Shown in pieces: positions 32,627-42,766 of a DNA stretch of 59,332 nucleotides (positions are counted from its first letter, which is position 1; every line of letters starts with the position of its first letter). Below the pieces are notes generated by a model. The model had not been told where the DNA came from. It saw nothing but the letters and a program-made list of their open reading frames with translations, and did not search any database. The stretch comes from a virus. Taxonomy: Duplodnaviria; Caudoviricetes. Location: the IMG/VR virus record IMGVR_UViG_3300031974_005002, positions 1 to 59,332 of that record, one strand, 5' to 3'. The translations under genes and the position numbers were made by a program.

Positions 32627-33310
32627 CTAAAAAGTATTTATATTTAAATAATTATAATGCTTTTCGAACATTTTGGTAGCGTAAAGCCCAGAATTGTTAA
32701 AAGATGGTATATAAGGGCCGAATAGTGATATATGCCTATGTTTTTTAGTTTCCTCTTGATTGATGACAAAGAATTCAGCTTTTTGTCTATGCCCGTCTTC
32801 GATTGGATTTAATTTTTTAATATAATTACTATTTGCCCACCAAAAATTGCCTGAATAATGATTCGGGTCGTGTCTTGGCATGGAATTTATACCACAAGTG
32901 CTAAAACCTTTATTTAATGAAGCAATACAATCTTCATGTCGTCTTATCATCCAATAATTCATCATTTGCCTCCAATAATACTGGCCTTTAATGCCTGACG
33001 GGGTTTTACCTAAACATCCTTTAGTATGAATGTACAATATATAATACTCTTCATTTGTTTTTTTTGCATCCGAAAGTAATTTGTTAATTGTTGGATGTTC
33101 ATATTCTTGAATATTTTCACTAGAATAAACTATTTTAAATTTATCTTCGACATATGCATCTAAAGCTCCTTCCTGACCTAAAAAACCGACTCTAACTTCT
33201 TCGCATTTATCATATAATCCAGAAGTTTTTATTAAAGAAGATTGCTCATCAAATATAGATTTCCATTCTCCGAAACCAGCTACATGGTAATATATCATTA
33301 TTTTTTTCAT
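32627..33310 (-). CDS. Putative glycan-modifying protein
   Basis: YEHPTI, LYIHTKG, HYSGNFWWANS motifs typical of viral glycosylation clusters; genomic context. Confidence 0.55.
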   Translation of the reverse strand: MKKIMIYYHVAGFGEWKSIFDEQSSLIKTSGLYDKCEEVRVGFLGQEGALDAYVEDKFKIVYSSENIQEYEHPTINKLLSDAKKTNEEYYILYIHTKGCLGKTPSGIKGQYYWRQMMNYWMIRRHEDCIASLNKGFSTCGINSMPRHDPNHYSGNFWWANSNYIKKLNPIEDGHRQKAEFFVINQEETKKHRHISLFGPYIPSFNNSGLYATKMFEKHYNYLNINTF

Positions 33311-33376
33311 AATTCTTTAAATTTATCAACAAAAATTGGTTTATGGGAATCGCCAAAAAAAAAGAACTTTCATAAT

Positions 33377-33967
33377 TTATTGTCCAAATTCATACCTAAA
33401 ATACTCAATGTCTTTTGCGTACTTTTCCGCAACGATTTCTCTCGTCTCATCGTCATAGTATTCGGTGTAGTGTTTGTGTTTTGTCTTGTTTTTGTGAGGA
33501 AGTTGTTTTCGTGGAATTCCTATTTTGTCGCAGAGGATATTGAAATCTTCTTGGAAGTTTTCTAACTTGCCGATAAAATCAACCAAAGAATTTCCATTGG
33601 AATCAAAAATAAATTCATGTTGTGATTTATCATGGTAAGGCCACCCATATTCGACAATAGCATCTTCATGTAAACAAAAATCTTTAAAAGAAAAGTTAGG
33701 AGGTAAGAGTGATTTTGCTATCATATAATGATATTCACTTGAGAATCTTGACCAAGGATTTCTGACAAACGAAAATTTATAATAATGATTGCAATCTGGG
33801 TAATATTCAAGAATTTGTTGAATAGTTTGATGTTGTTTATTTTCTCCTACGTGAAAATACCGTCTCCTATATTTATTAGCAGACCAACAGTTAAATTCTG
33901 TTTCAAAACTAGTTCCTCCGCATTTTGGAATGTGAATAAAAATAAATTCATGGTCGTGATTTATCAT
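33377..33967 (-). CDS. Sulfotransferase family 2 protein (paralog 2)
   Basis: FIHIPKCGGTS, FVRNPWSRFSSEY, IGKLENF. Confidence 0.9.
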   Translation of the reverse strand: MINHDHEFIFIHIPKCGGTSFETEFNCWSANKYRRRYFHVGENKQHQTIQQILEYYPDCNHYYKFSFVRNPWSRFSSEYHYMIAKSLLPPNFSFKDFCLHEDAIVEYGWPYHDKSQHEFIFDSNGNSLVDFIGKLENFQEDFNILCDKIGIPRKQLPHKNKTKHKHYTEYYDDETREIVAEKYAKDIEYFRYEFGQ

Positions 33968-33972
33968 GATTT

Positions 33973-34884
33973 TTATAAAATTTTATTTTTTAAATGATTA
34001 CTTAATAAAACCCCTTTAGATTTAAAAATATGACCTTGCAGAAGTTTTTTTAATTCTTTTGGATCAGCGCGACCCTCAAATTGGAACTCATGGTTTTTAT
34101 CAAAAATAAAAGAATGGCGAGAAATCTTTCTCATAAAAAAAGCTTTTGATTTCATTATAAAATCGATTTCATCCTTGTTGATAAAATAAAAAGATTTCTG
34201 GCGCTCTGGCCAATGATTATGTTGGCTGGATATAAAATTTTTTTCAAAAATATCAATCTGATTGCTATTCCAATATTCAAACATTGAGTGTTTTTTTAAG
34301 CACTCTATTATTGATAAATTTTCTGGAAAGTAGCTCAATAAAAAAGACAAATAAATTTTTTCATCTGGAGCGCCATTAAAGGGTAGCTCGTTATTTTTGC
34401 AAATCTCAAATATATCAGGCATATATTTTATTATGTTTTCAGCATGAAATCTATTCAAGATACTCCATTGTGAGCACTTTTTTAAAGTGGATAAATATTG
34501 ATCTTTAATTTCAATTAAATTAAGTTCATGCTGTCTAATATTAAATATTGATTGGTCATTTAAATTATCATAAATATAATTAAAAGGCTTGATTGGTACA
34601 GAAGAGCCGCACAAAAAAACAAAATGAGTATTTTTTTTGTCTTTAAGAGCATGTTCAAGTAATTTATTTTGAGCTTGAACTAAGGATGGATGAAAATATT
34701 GAGTCTCCACGGGGTCGGGGATTACACAATCTTTAAAATACATAAAATTTACATCTTCTGGATCTTTTGCATGTATATAAACGCTATATTTTGATGCATC
34801 AATTTGACTTAAGAAGTTATGCCAAAGCATTTCCATTTCAATAGAGTCATAAGTTAAAAAACAAAAAGCTATTTTTTTATCCAT
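33973..34884 (-). CDS. GT14/Branch-family (beta-1,6-GlcNAc transferase-like) glycosyltransferase
   Basis: KIAFCFL, YSVYIH, LVQAQ..LL..AL, FVFL..S.VP, SQW.ILNR.HA, PDE and F.RK motifs. Confidence 0.8.
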   Translation of the reverse strand: MDKKIAFCFLTYDSIEMEMLWHNFLSQIDASKYSVYIHAKDPEDVNFMYFKDCVIPDPVETQYFHPSLVQAQNKLLEHALKDKKNTHFVFLCGSSVPIKPFNYIYDNLNDQSIFNIRQHELNLIEIKDQYLSTLKKCSQWSILNRFHAENIIKYMPDIFEICKNNELPFNGAPDEKIYLSFLLSYFPENLSIIECLKKHSMFEYWNSNQIDIFEKNFISSQHNHWPERQKSFYFINKDEIDFIMKSKAFFMRKISRHSFIFDKNHEFQFEGRADPKELKKLLQGHIFKSKGVLLSNHLKNKIL

Positions 34885-34921
34885 ATTTATATATAATACA
34901 CGGTATTAATATACTTTTTTA

Positions 34922-35155
34922 TTATTTTATAATAATAGTTTCGTTATTTTCTTGTATTCTTGCTTTTTCTAGTAAATACTCTTGCCAAAAGAAATACCAG
35001 CCTTCTCGGTCATCATTTTCTATGGCTATCCTTATCTCTTCTTCGTAGACTTTTACCCAATCTCTTTTATCGGAATCAAAATTAGTATCAGAAGGCTTTG
35101 GGCTGTATTTAATAATACAACCACTCAATAAAAGAAGCGGCAAAAACCTTAGCAC
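34922..35155 (-). CDS. Small lipoprotein
   Basis: LLLSGC lipobox; GTGTA motif 9 nt upstream. Confidence 0.65.
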   Translation of the reverse strand: MLRFLPLLLLSGCIIKYSPKPSDTNFDSDKRDWVKVYEEEIRIAIENDDREGWYFFWQEYLLEKARIQENNETIIIK

Positions 35156-35248
35156 ATACTAAGGTACACTATTATTTATGCCAGTTGTATTTCTCCCAAG
35201 AACAAAAGGCGTATAATAAAGCCAGTCCTGCTATAGTAATTAACGTCA

Positions 35249-35755
35249 TCATTTTACAATTCTATCTTTTATTATTTTAAGAGTTTCTTCTTTTTCAATC
35301 CACCTATTTACTTTTACTTTGTCGCCACTCATTGACAAATCTTTATAATGAGCAAAGAAATTTTTTGCAATTAAAAGAAAAGATTCTTCTATATCTTTGA
35401 GTCCGCAATATTTTCTAGTATAAAAATTTGGAACCGCTAATATTTTATAATCTTTATCTCCTTCATCATCCATATCCAAGCATCCAACCACTTTGCATTC
35501 AACAACTGTCGCTCTTTTTATTGGTTCTGGGCTAATAACTAAAATATCAAGTGGATCTCCATCTTCGCATAAAGTACCGGGAATAAAGCCGTAACTAGCT
35601 GGGTAAACCATAGCAGAAGTGAGGCATCTATCATACATAAAAACGCCAAGGTCTCCATCATATTCATATTTGTTTTTTGATCCCTCTTCAATTTCTATAA
35701 CTCCATAAACTATTTTTGGCGATCTTTCGTGAGTAGGTAGTTTATATAAATTCAT
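35249..35755 (-). CDS. ppa: Inorganic pyrophosphatase (family I)
   Basis: KNKYEYD, YPASYGFIPGT, DGDPLD, DDEGDKDYK, FF.HYK motifs. Confidence 0.95.
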   Translation of the reverse strand: MNLYKLPTHERSPKIVYGVIEIEEGSKNKYEYDGDLGVFMYDRCLTSAMVYPASYGFIPGTLCEDGDPLDILVISPEPIKRATVVECKVVGCLDMDDEGDKDYKILAVPNFYTRKYCGLKDIEESFLLIAKNFFAHYKDLSMSGDKVKVNRWIEKEETLKIIKDRIVK

Positions 35756-36177
35756 TTGCTTTTTTCATCCTCAGAAATATCCCATTTTGGTTTCCATAAA
35801 TTAATAACTTCATGAGATTCAGGTCTATCATAATCATCTTGAACTCTTACGATATCATCTTCTCCAAAGTAAGTTCCTGTTTGGACTTCGATCAAAATCA
35901 TATCTTGATCATTTTCAGGATTTGCCATTCTGTGTTTTGCCCCTAACGGAATCAAAACTGTATCCCCTGCATGATAATCTTTTGTTTCGTCATCTATAGT
36001 AATTCTGGCTATGCCAGAAACAACAGTCCAAGCTTCTTGCCTTTTATGGTGATATTGATAACTTAATCTTTGATTTGGTTTTACATAAATTCTTTTTACT
36101 TTACAATAATCTGTATCAAGTAAAATTTCATAATGGCCCCAAGGACGAATGCTATCATCACTTTTCATTTGACTCAT
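35752..36177 (-). CDS. Mannose-6-phosphate isomerase type II cupin
   Basis: RPWG.Y, KVKRI.V.P..RLSYQYH, EVQTGTYFGEDDIVR motifs. Confidence 0.9.
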   Translation of the reverse strand: MSQMKSDDSIRPWGHYEILLDTDYCKVKRIYVKPNQRLSYQYHHKRQEAWTVVSGIARITIDDETKDYHAGDTVLIPLGAKHRMANPENDQDMILIEVQTGTYFGEDDIVRVQDDYDRPESHEVINLWKPKWDISEDEKSK

Positions 36178-36604
36178 CTTGTATTTTTTTGCTTTGTTTT
36201 TGTATATCTTCTTCTGAAAAGCCCCAAAAAGTTATCTCCCATAATATATAAGCTAAAGTGTCTGCTTGAGTCATTTTTACTGTATTAAATATTTCTATAT
36301 CTATTATATCTTTCCAGCTAACAAAATCAAATGAAAAAAGCTCATCTTCAACTTCATCAAAAAGACATACATCTATATCTATATTTCCTAAACCAACACT
36401 AGCTAGATAAATTTTTAAATTTTCTTTTGGGTTTTTAGGTAAAGAAAGTAACTCTTTTACTACCTTGGAATAGCGCAGATCATATTCAACAATTTGAGAA
36501 TTAGTATATTTCTCGCTCTGATAGAATTTCTTATATATACTATTAAATACGAATTTATAATCGCATTGTATTAATAAATCGCGCAAAGTATTTTTAGTAA
36601 ACAT
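36158..36604 (-). CDS. Conserved hypothetical protein
   Basis: 148-aa ORF with LWEITFWGFSEE motif. Confidence 0.65.
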   Translation of the reverse strand: MFTKNTLRDLLIQCDYKFVFNSIYKKFYQSEKYTNSQIVEYDLRYSKVVKELLSLPKNPKENLKIYLASVGLGNIDIDVCLFDEVEDELFSFDFVSWKDIIDIEIFNTVKMTQADTLAYILWEITFWGFSEEDIQKQSKKIQDESNEK

Positions 36605-36845
36605 AATTTGTATTTACTGATTCTCTAAGCTTTTCGAGCTCTATTATATATAATGATTGCATATAAATTGCCCTATTTTGGATATCCATAACCTGCTCTT
36701 GGTCGGCGCAAATTTTATAAAACCTTTCGTTCTTCTTGGAAAGTTCGTATATTTTATAAAAGGAAAAACAAATTATAAAAATCAAGAAATACAAAAAAGT
36801 TTTATTGTGCATAGAATATTATACACTTTAATGTATAAATAAACT

Positions 36846-37523
36846 TTATTTTTTAGAGAATAATCTATTGATGGAATCTTGCGACGACTTAGTTTTTTTA
36901 GATTCAGAGTATATGCAAAAATTAGTTTTTACATTTGATTTTATTTTTTCGAAAAGAGTTTGTTCGTAAAGTGATATCATTTGATGACTAACTTTCATTT
37001 TTTTAGCTATGTATTTTTTAGCCACTCCTTTGCGCAAGTTTTTAAATACAATTAACTCATTATCTGTAAGGAAGTCAGAATAATTCTCTATCCATTCTAA
37101 TATATTAGAGGTTTTAAAAGACTTTTTAGCTTCGGCTTGCGAATTCTCAAAGTCCCGAATGGTTGCAGTATTTAATGTTAGGGTCAAAATAGTGTCTCCA
37201 TTTTCATTTATTTGAGAATTGTCTACCCTTTTTTCCCGCTCGATTCGATCCTTAAGTGATACGCCGTTACAAGTCCACCTAACGCAGTTATCGCAAACTC
37301 TATATAATATTTTCTTAAAACCATTTTCGGATAAACACTCTTCATTGTCGCCTATAAATCTTTCCGCAGACCTCACCATCCTAAGATTAATCTCCGAACA
37401 AATTTCTTCAACAGAAAGGCTATGCATAGACTTCCTAAAAGAAGCGACGATGTATCTAATATCTGGCTGATTTTCAACCAAAAGATTCATATATTTTTTA
37501 ATTTTATCTTTACTTACAATCAT
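36846..37523 (-). CDS. Divergent sigma-70-like transcription factor
   Basis: C-terminal region-4-like HTH (LTDNELIVF...IAKKMKVSHQMIS); N-terminal region-2-like helix pattern. Confidence 0.55.
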   Translation of the reverse strand: MIVSKDKIKKYMNLLVENQPDIRYIVASFRKSMHSLSVEEICSEINLRMVRSAERFIGDNEECLSENGFKKILYRVCDNCVRWTCNGVSLKDRIEREKRVDNSQINENGDTILTLTLNTATIRDFENSQAEAKKSFKTSNILEWIENYSDFLTDNELIVFKNLRKGVAKKYIAKKMKVSHQMISLYEQTLFEKIKSNVKTNFCIYSESKKTKSSQDSINRLFSKK

Positions 37524-37933
37524 TGTATTTAAAAAGTATATTTAATTCATTAGGAAAGGCGCAGTTTCTTATATCAAACCAATTCGTTATAGATATTTTT
37601 CTTCCATTTATTAAACTATTGGAATGAAACATTGATATTTTAAAATTTAAGATTTTAGAGTCGGGGTGATCTTCCGAGCTTTTTAATCTAAAAATTTTTT
37701 CAGCAGACTTGGCTGACCTTGCCGAAATTACGCATTTAAATTTTGTTTTAACGCCGCTAGGTTTTTTCTCAATGTAAGAAATATTCCAATATTGAGCATA
37801 ATTGAAATTTTGCGAGGCGCATTTTAATTGAAACTTTTTTTCAGAGAATTTTTTCTTATATTTTTTTCTCTTGGATTTTGAATGATCAGCGATAATTAAC
37901 ATTTAGGAATGTTAGCATAAAACAACTATTTGG

Positions 37934-38113
37934 TCAAGACTTTTTTTTCCATTTACAGTAATTTGGATTTTCCGCGCGCTTTTTTCTCATGTACTCTCTT
38001 TTTTGAGCGCGCCGTTTCTCTAAATTTTTTTCGTCGTATTTCTTTTGGGCTTTTTTCTGTGCAGCTTTTCCTTTATCGGATGCAATGTATTTCTTTTGGG
38101 GATTGTCTTTCAT
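37934..38113 (-). CDS. Small highly basic protein (59 aa, absent from ORF track)
   Basis: Manual translation MKDNPQKKYIASDKGKAAQKKAQKKYDEKNLEKRRAQKREYMRKKRAENPNYCKWKKKS. Confidence 0.65.
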   Translation of the reverse strand: MKDNPQKKYIASDKGKAAQKKAQKKYDEKNLEKRRAQKREYMRKKRAENPNYCKWKKKS

Positions 38114-38526
38114 ATATAGTCCACTGTTAAGCGAATTTTCTTTTTATTTTTTTTTCTTTTTCCAGTTTATTGACTCAAAATTTTCTTTAAATTTTTTAGA
38201 AAAATTGTTTCTAGGAGAATCTCCTTTGCCATTTTGTGGTAGAGGTTTTCCACATGAACCTTTAGTGCATTTATTCTTCATCTAGAAAATCATCGAGATC
38301 AATATCAGCCTCGAAAGAACCAAGGTTCGATAGCTCTATCACTTGCTCTTGTAAAGCCCCCATGATAGTAAAAGCATTGATATCAAATTCCGAAAGGTAT
38401 CTATTTATTAAATCGTCTAGTTCGAACCTAAAAGCATCGGTTTGCTCATCAAAATCAGAAGGGCCTTCGGGTTCCCAATTTTTATCTTTCATATTATATT
38501 ATATAGATATAAGATTGTTTTTAAAC

Positions 38527-38557
38527 AAAAAAAAAGGCGCCCTAAAAAGGACGCCTT
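38527..38557 (-). terminator. Rho-independent terminator after the porin operon
   Basis: AAGGCGUCCU-UUUU-AGGGCGCC followed by U9 on the minus strand. Confidence 0.85.
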
Positions 38558-38579
38558 AATATTAGAATTGCTAAAATCC

Positions 38580-38828
38580 TTATTTGGATTTATCGCAGCA
38601 ACCGCTCTTTTGAAAAAGAGCAACAAGAAGAAGCAAAGTAATAATACCTGCTAAGCTAGCGCCCTCACCGACAAAACCGGTTACGACTTCTTGAAGATTG
38701 CCAATAACGTCGATAGGAGCCCCTGTGCCAAAGACAACCTGAGCGACGACTAGCAAGCCGATGATTGATAATAATACACTAGTGATTCCACCAGCATATG
38801 ACTTGATAATATCTATAGTATTCTTCAT
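38580..38828 (-). CDS. Small two-TM membrane protein
   Basis: Two hydrophobic helices; directly downstream of the porin gene. Confidence 0.75.
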   Translation of the reverse strand: MKNTIDIIKSYAGGITSVLLSIIGLLVVAQVVFGTGAPIDVIGNLQEVVTGFVGEGASLAGIITLLLLVALFQKSGCCDKSK

Positions 38829-38845
38829 ATTATATTTAGTTTATA

Positions 38846-39493
38846 TTAGAATTTAAAAGTTAAAGCAGAGCCAAAGACAAATTCTTCTTCAGCATCATCA
38901 GCATCAACATAATCGACTGATAAGCCTAATTCTGAATCGCCGAAACCTTTTGACAGAGAAGCTCCAACAATATAATAATCCCTATCAGATGCACTTGTAA
39001 GCTCGGTATTACCAGCAGAAGCTTGAAGCTCAAGATCAGCAAACTCTAAATCAAAATCATGAGAGATTCCAACTTCTAAAGTATACAAATCATCATCAGT
39101 GTTACGATAAATCGAAACTGAAGGATTCAATACTGAATCGTAAGAAAAAGCAAGAGCTATTTCAGATAAAGCTTCACCTGCAACATCTTCAAAATGATGA
39201 AGACCAACATAAGCGTTCAACAAGCCATCCATGAATGACTTACTTAAGCCGGCGTCAATTTGATAGCTATCAACAGCAGAATTAACAGCTTGATTAGTAG
39301 AAGCGGAGAAAGATCCAGCAAAACTACCCAAAGCTTTTTCCAAACCTACAGAAGCTTGAACTGATTCCTCAGCTTTTTGAGCGCCTCTGTAAAAATAATC
39401 AGAAGTATATCCAATACTAGCAGTGTTACCTGCCGAAGCGACGTTAATAATAAACCCAAATAGGGCTGAAACAATTAATTTTTTAGTATTCAT
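38846..39493 (-). CDS. Outer-membrane beta-barrel (TorF/Gcw_chp-like putative porin)
   Basis: Signal peptide ending ASA, YTSDYFYRG motif, alternating beta-strand pattern, terminal FKF. Confidence 0.78.
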   Translation of the reverse strand: MNTKKLIVSALFGFIINVASAGNTASIGYTSDYFYRGAQKAEESVQASVGLEKALGSFAGSFSASTNQAVNSAVDSYQIDAGLSKSFMDGLLNAYVGLHHFEDVAGEALSEIALAFSYDSVLNPSVSIYRNTDDDLYTLEVGISHDFDLEFADLELQASAGNTELTSASDRDYYIVGASLSKGFGDSELGLSVDYVDADDAEEEFVFGSALTFKF

Positions 39494-39960
39494 AATATAT
39501 TTATTATAAAGTTATTTATTAGGGGGGTTATTCAAGTCTATGTTGTTTATTTTACAGTAAGCAACTGAATAACCTGTTTTAAAACTGTGACGATCAATAA
39601 AAACTATAAAAGGCAATATTAAATAACATAAAGGAGCGCTGTCCCCTATTGTTATGATTAATAGACCTAATATTGCTAAATATGGGCAAAACTTATTCAA
39701 AATAAAATTTAATAAATAAAAATCCATATTAGAGTTTTGTTAAAGATACAATTCTATCATGCCTAAAAGACCTCATTGATTTTCTGCCAAAGCAATAAGC
39801 TTTGAATCCGACATTATCTCTATGTTCAGATTTGTTACCAAAAGAATCAAAAAGGTTAGGTTTGGTTATCACATAACTTTTGATCTTGTTTTCGTTAGTC
39901 TTATATACCACCAAATACTTACTTGATAGCTTGTTTTTTATCCAATTATATATTTTCATT

Positions 39961-40380
39961 TTAATTTCCTGTACTTCCGAACCCGCCTTCTCCGCGGTCA
40001 GTATCACTAAGCTCTTCAACTTCCTCGATCTCAACCCATGGAAGCTTTATTATGATTAATTGACCTATCTTATCTCCAATTTTATATTCGTTTTCTGAAT
40101 CGACAGGAATACTCATTCTTAATTTAATCTCTCCCCTGTATCCCGAATCAATTACTCCAACAGAGTTTTTTAAAAAATGTCCTGTTTTGGAAATGCTAGA
40201 TCTGGGAAAAATAAACCCAGCATAGCCTTTTGGCATTTCAACAGCCAAGCCTGTTCCATATTCAGAGTATTCTGAAGTTTTAGTCATGGATGTGCATGTC
40301 AAATCCATTCCTGCGTCTCCAGTTTTTGCGTAAGATGGAACGACAGAATTGTCGGAAAGCTTTTTGATTTTTAGTTTCAT
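39961..40380 (-). CDS. dut: Trimeric dUTPase
   Basis: GDAGMDL, PRSS, GVIDSGYRGE, RGEGGFGSTG. Confidence 0.96.
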   Translation of the reverse strand: MKLKIKKLSDNSVVPSYAKTGDAGMDLTCTSMTKTSEYSEYGTGLAVEMPKGYAGFIFPRSSISKTGHFLKNSVGVIDSGYRGEIKLRMSIPVDSENEYKIGDKIGQLIIIKLPWVEIEEVEELSDTDRGEGGFGSTGN

Positions 40381-40468
40381 TAAATATGAGACAAATTATA
40401 CGACAATAACAAGAAAAAGTCAAGCAAAAAAATGCAGTTAATGTAAAAAAGCGGAAAACTTTTGTAGT

Positions 40469-40975
40469 CTAGTTAGCTTTTTCGGGCTTTGCCCAAACGT
40501 GATGACGGCAATTTTTAAGGGCGTCTGATATTTTTAAATGAAATATTGCTTCTCTTGTATTCGGTCTGCGAAATAATCTAAAAGCTGCTGACCAACTATC
40601 TTTTACAAAAGGTAAATCCCATCTAGGTAAATTATTTGATTCGATCCAATTTCTGAAATCAGATTTATGTATCAAAACAAAATCATTTTTGCGTTCATAA
40701 ATAACAAATGTACATTTTTTATAAAGCCATCCTTCATTGCCATAACGGTCTTTTAGCTCAACCCACCCCCATAGATGCTTGCGTTTTTTGCTTTTTTTAA
40801 GAATGGTTTTCTTGATCGCTATAGCAAAAGCTTTAGTTGAATCTTCTTTATCCCACATAACAAGATCGATATCCTGTTCTTTTTCTAATTTCGTGGCTGG
40901 ACGAGTTTTGAAACCATTAAGGTTCGCGCAATCAATAAACATTTGAAAAGAATTTTGGTAACTTGATGAGCCCAT
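40469..40975 (-). CDS. Hypothetical protein, possible PD-(D/E)xK fold
   Basis: WVELKDRYGNEGWLY motif; GTGTA motif upstream. Confidence 0.5.
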   Translation of the reverse strand: MGSSSYQNSFQMFIDCANLNGFKTRPATKLEKEQDIDLVMWDKEDSTKAFAIAIKKTILKKSKKRKHLWGWVELKDRYGNEGWLYKKCTFVIYERKNDFVLIHKSDFRNWIESNNLPRWDLPFVKDSWSAAFRLFRRPNTREAIFHLKISDALKNCRHHVWAKPEKAN

Positions 40976-41184
40976 TAAATATAAAATACACTTTTATTAT
41001 CTAATTTGCTTCGGTTTTTTAGTTTTTACTACATCTACCTTTTTAACATCTTTTGGATCAAATTGTTTGAGCGCCGTTCTTAATGATGCGGCTCTTTGTT
41101 CGGCTTGAGAAAGAGAGGTATAATTTTGAGATTCAATTCTTCTTTTATTCCTCGTCACTACATAAACATATTCTTGACTCATAT

Positions 41185-41610
41185 TTATTTATTATATACT
41201 TTAACTAAGCTTTCTTCTAGTAATTGTTGCGAAATGCTTTTATAACCAACCCAAGGTTTAGAATCAGGTTTATTATTATATAAATCTCTTGCATATATAT
41301 ATTTTATATCACCTAGGATTCTTCCGTATTTGCCCTTTTTATCTAAAAAGGTTTGTATGATTAAACCTTCTGGTTGGGAAGACCCATGTTTTAACAACTC
41401 TAATAATCTAGATTTAGCTTTCAACCCTTTTTTCTTTTCTAATACTCGTTCTTCATAATCTTTAATTGATCTCTGAAGTCGAGTTTCAGGCGCATCAATG
41501 CCATACAGACGAATTCTTTCTGACAAAGACACGCCAAACCCTAAATCTATAATCCCATCGACAGTGTCGCCATCTACTACTCTAGTAAATTTAAAACTGT
41601 ATTCGTACAT
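41185..41610 (-). CDS. Thermonuclease (SNase) family nuclease
   Basis: RVVDGDT, IRLYGIDAPE, GKYGRILG. Confidence 0.9.
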   Translation of the reverse strand: MYEYSFKFTRVVDGDTVDGIIDLGFGVSLSERIRLYGIDAPETRLQRSIKDYEERVLEKKKGLKAKSRLLELLKHGSSQPEGLIIQTFLDKKGKYGRILGDIKYIYARDLYNNKPDSKPWVGYKSISQQLLEESLVKVYNK

Positions 41611-42250
41611 TAACGATGGTACAATGCGTTAAATATAGATTCAGATTTCTTGCGTAGTTTAGTTTTTTCTTCTCGCTCTCTTTTGAGACGCTCTTTTTCA
41701 GCAAGTTCTTTTGCTAATAATTGTTGTTCAGCACCCTCTTTTTCAGCATTAAGTTTTTCCCACTCTTGCTGTCTTTCAGCTTTCTTTCGAGCAGCTTCTT
41801 CTTCTTGCTCAGGAGTTCCCTTGGCAACTATTAAAAATAGAACTTTTTGATTTGGGTCAGCATCTACTAAACCTTCGGAGTAATCAATTAAATCTAACCA
41901 TTGCTTTTTATCAACAGCCACAAAGTATTCGCTTTTTTTAACTTCTTCTGGCAAGCAGCTATCTGTTATCAATGCGTATTCTAAACTCAATTTTTAACCT
42001 TTCTCCACATCAAAGTTATACGCCACTTGTCACCAGCGCGAAATGGTTTGAACACGTTTTTATTATAAACAGAAGCGTCATAAGGGACTCCTGATTGCGC
42101 TTGTGCATAGGCATCACCATACGTGTCTCCAACACCAAGGCTAGAACCATATACGTGGTAAGACGCCACCTCTGCCTCAAGGGCAGGGTGGCTGTCCGCA
42201 CATACATAAGCCAAGAAGAAAGTTAATAAAACAATCCGCAACATTTTAAA

Positions 42251-42571
42251 TTATTGCAATACTGTTGGGATATCTTCGTCAGCCTCTTGAGCAGCAGGTT
42301 CTGAAGAAGATTCAGTTTTAGCTACAGAATCAACACTAACATCTTCTCTAGCTTTTTCTTCATACATGATGAAGTCAGGAGCTTTTTCGTTTTTAGCTTT
42401 ACCTTTATTGGTAAAAACTACTACACGAAGTTCGCGTTCTACCCCAAACTCACCAATCTTTAATAAACCAGAAAGGTAATTCTGATTCTTTCCTTCTCTG
42501 CGCCAAAGAGCGCCGAGCTCACGTTTTTTCCAATCGCTTTGCGATGCACTTTTATTATTATCTTCACTCAT
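42251..42571 (-). CDS. Putative single-stranded DNA-binding protein (DUF736-like)
   Basis: ELGALW...YLSG...KAPDF core with an acidic tail ending DEDIP. Confidence 0.55.
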   Translation of the reverse strand: MSEDNNKSASQSDWKKRELGALWRREGKNQNYLSGLLKIGEFGVERELRVVVFTNKGKAKNEKAPDFIMYEEKAREDVSVDSVAKTESSSEPAAQEADEDIPTVLQ

Positions 42572-42766
42572 AATTTTTAATTAGTAGTATTATTATATAA
42601 ATTTTGCAATTTGTCAAGAAAAATTCTTCTTGCTCCAGAACTTAAATTAGAATATTGCCTTTTAAGCTTGTCTAGCACTCGCTTTTGGGCGGGGTCACCT
42701 TTTTCATAATTAATGATTTTTTTAATCTCTTTTATGGCTTTTTGATTCATAGTGTATATTATATAT

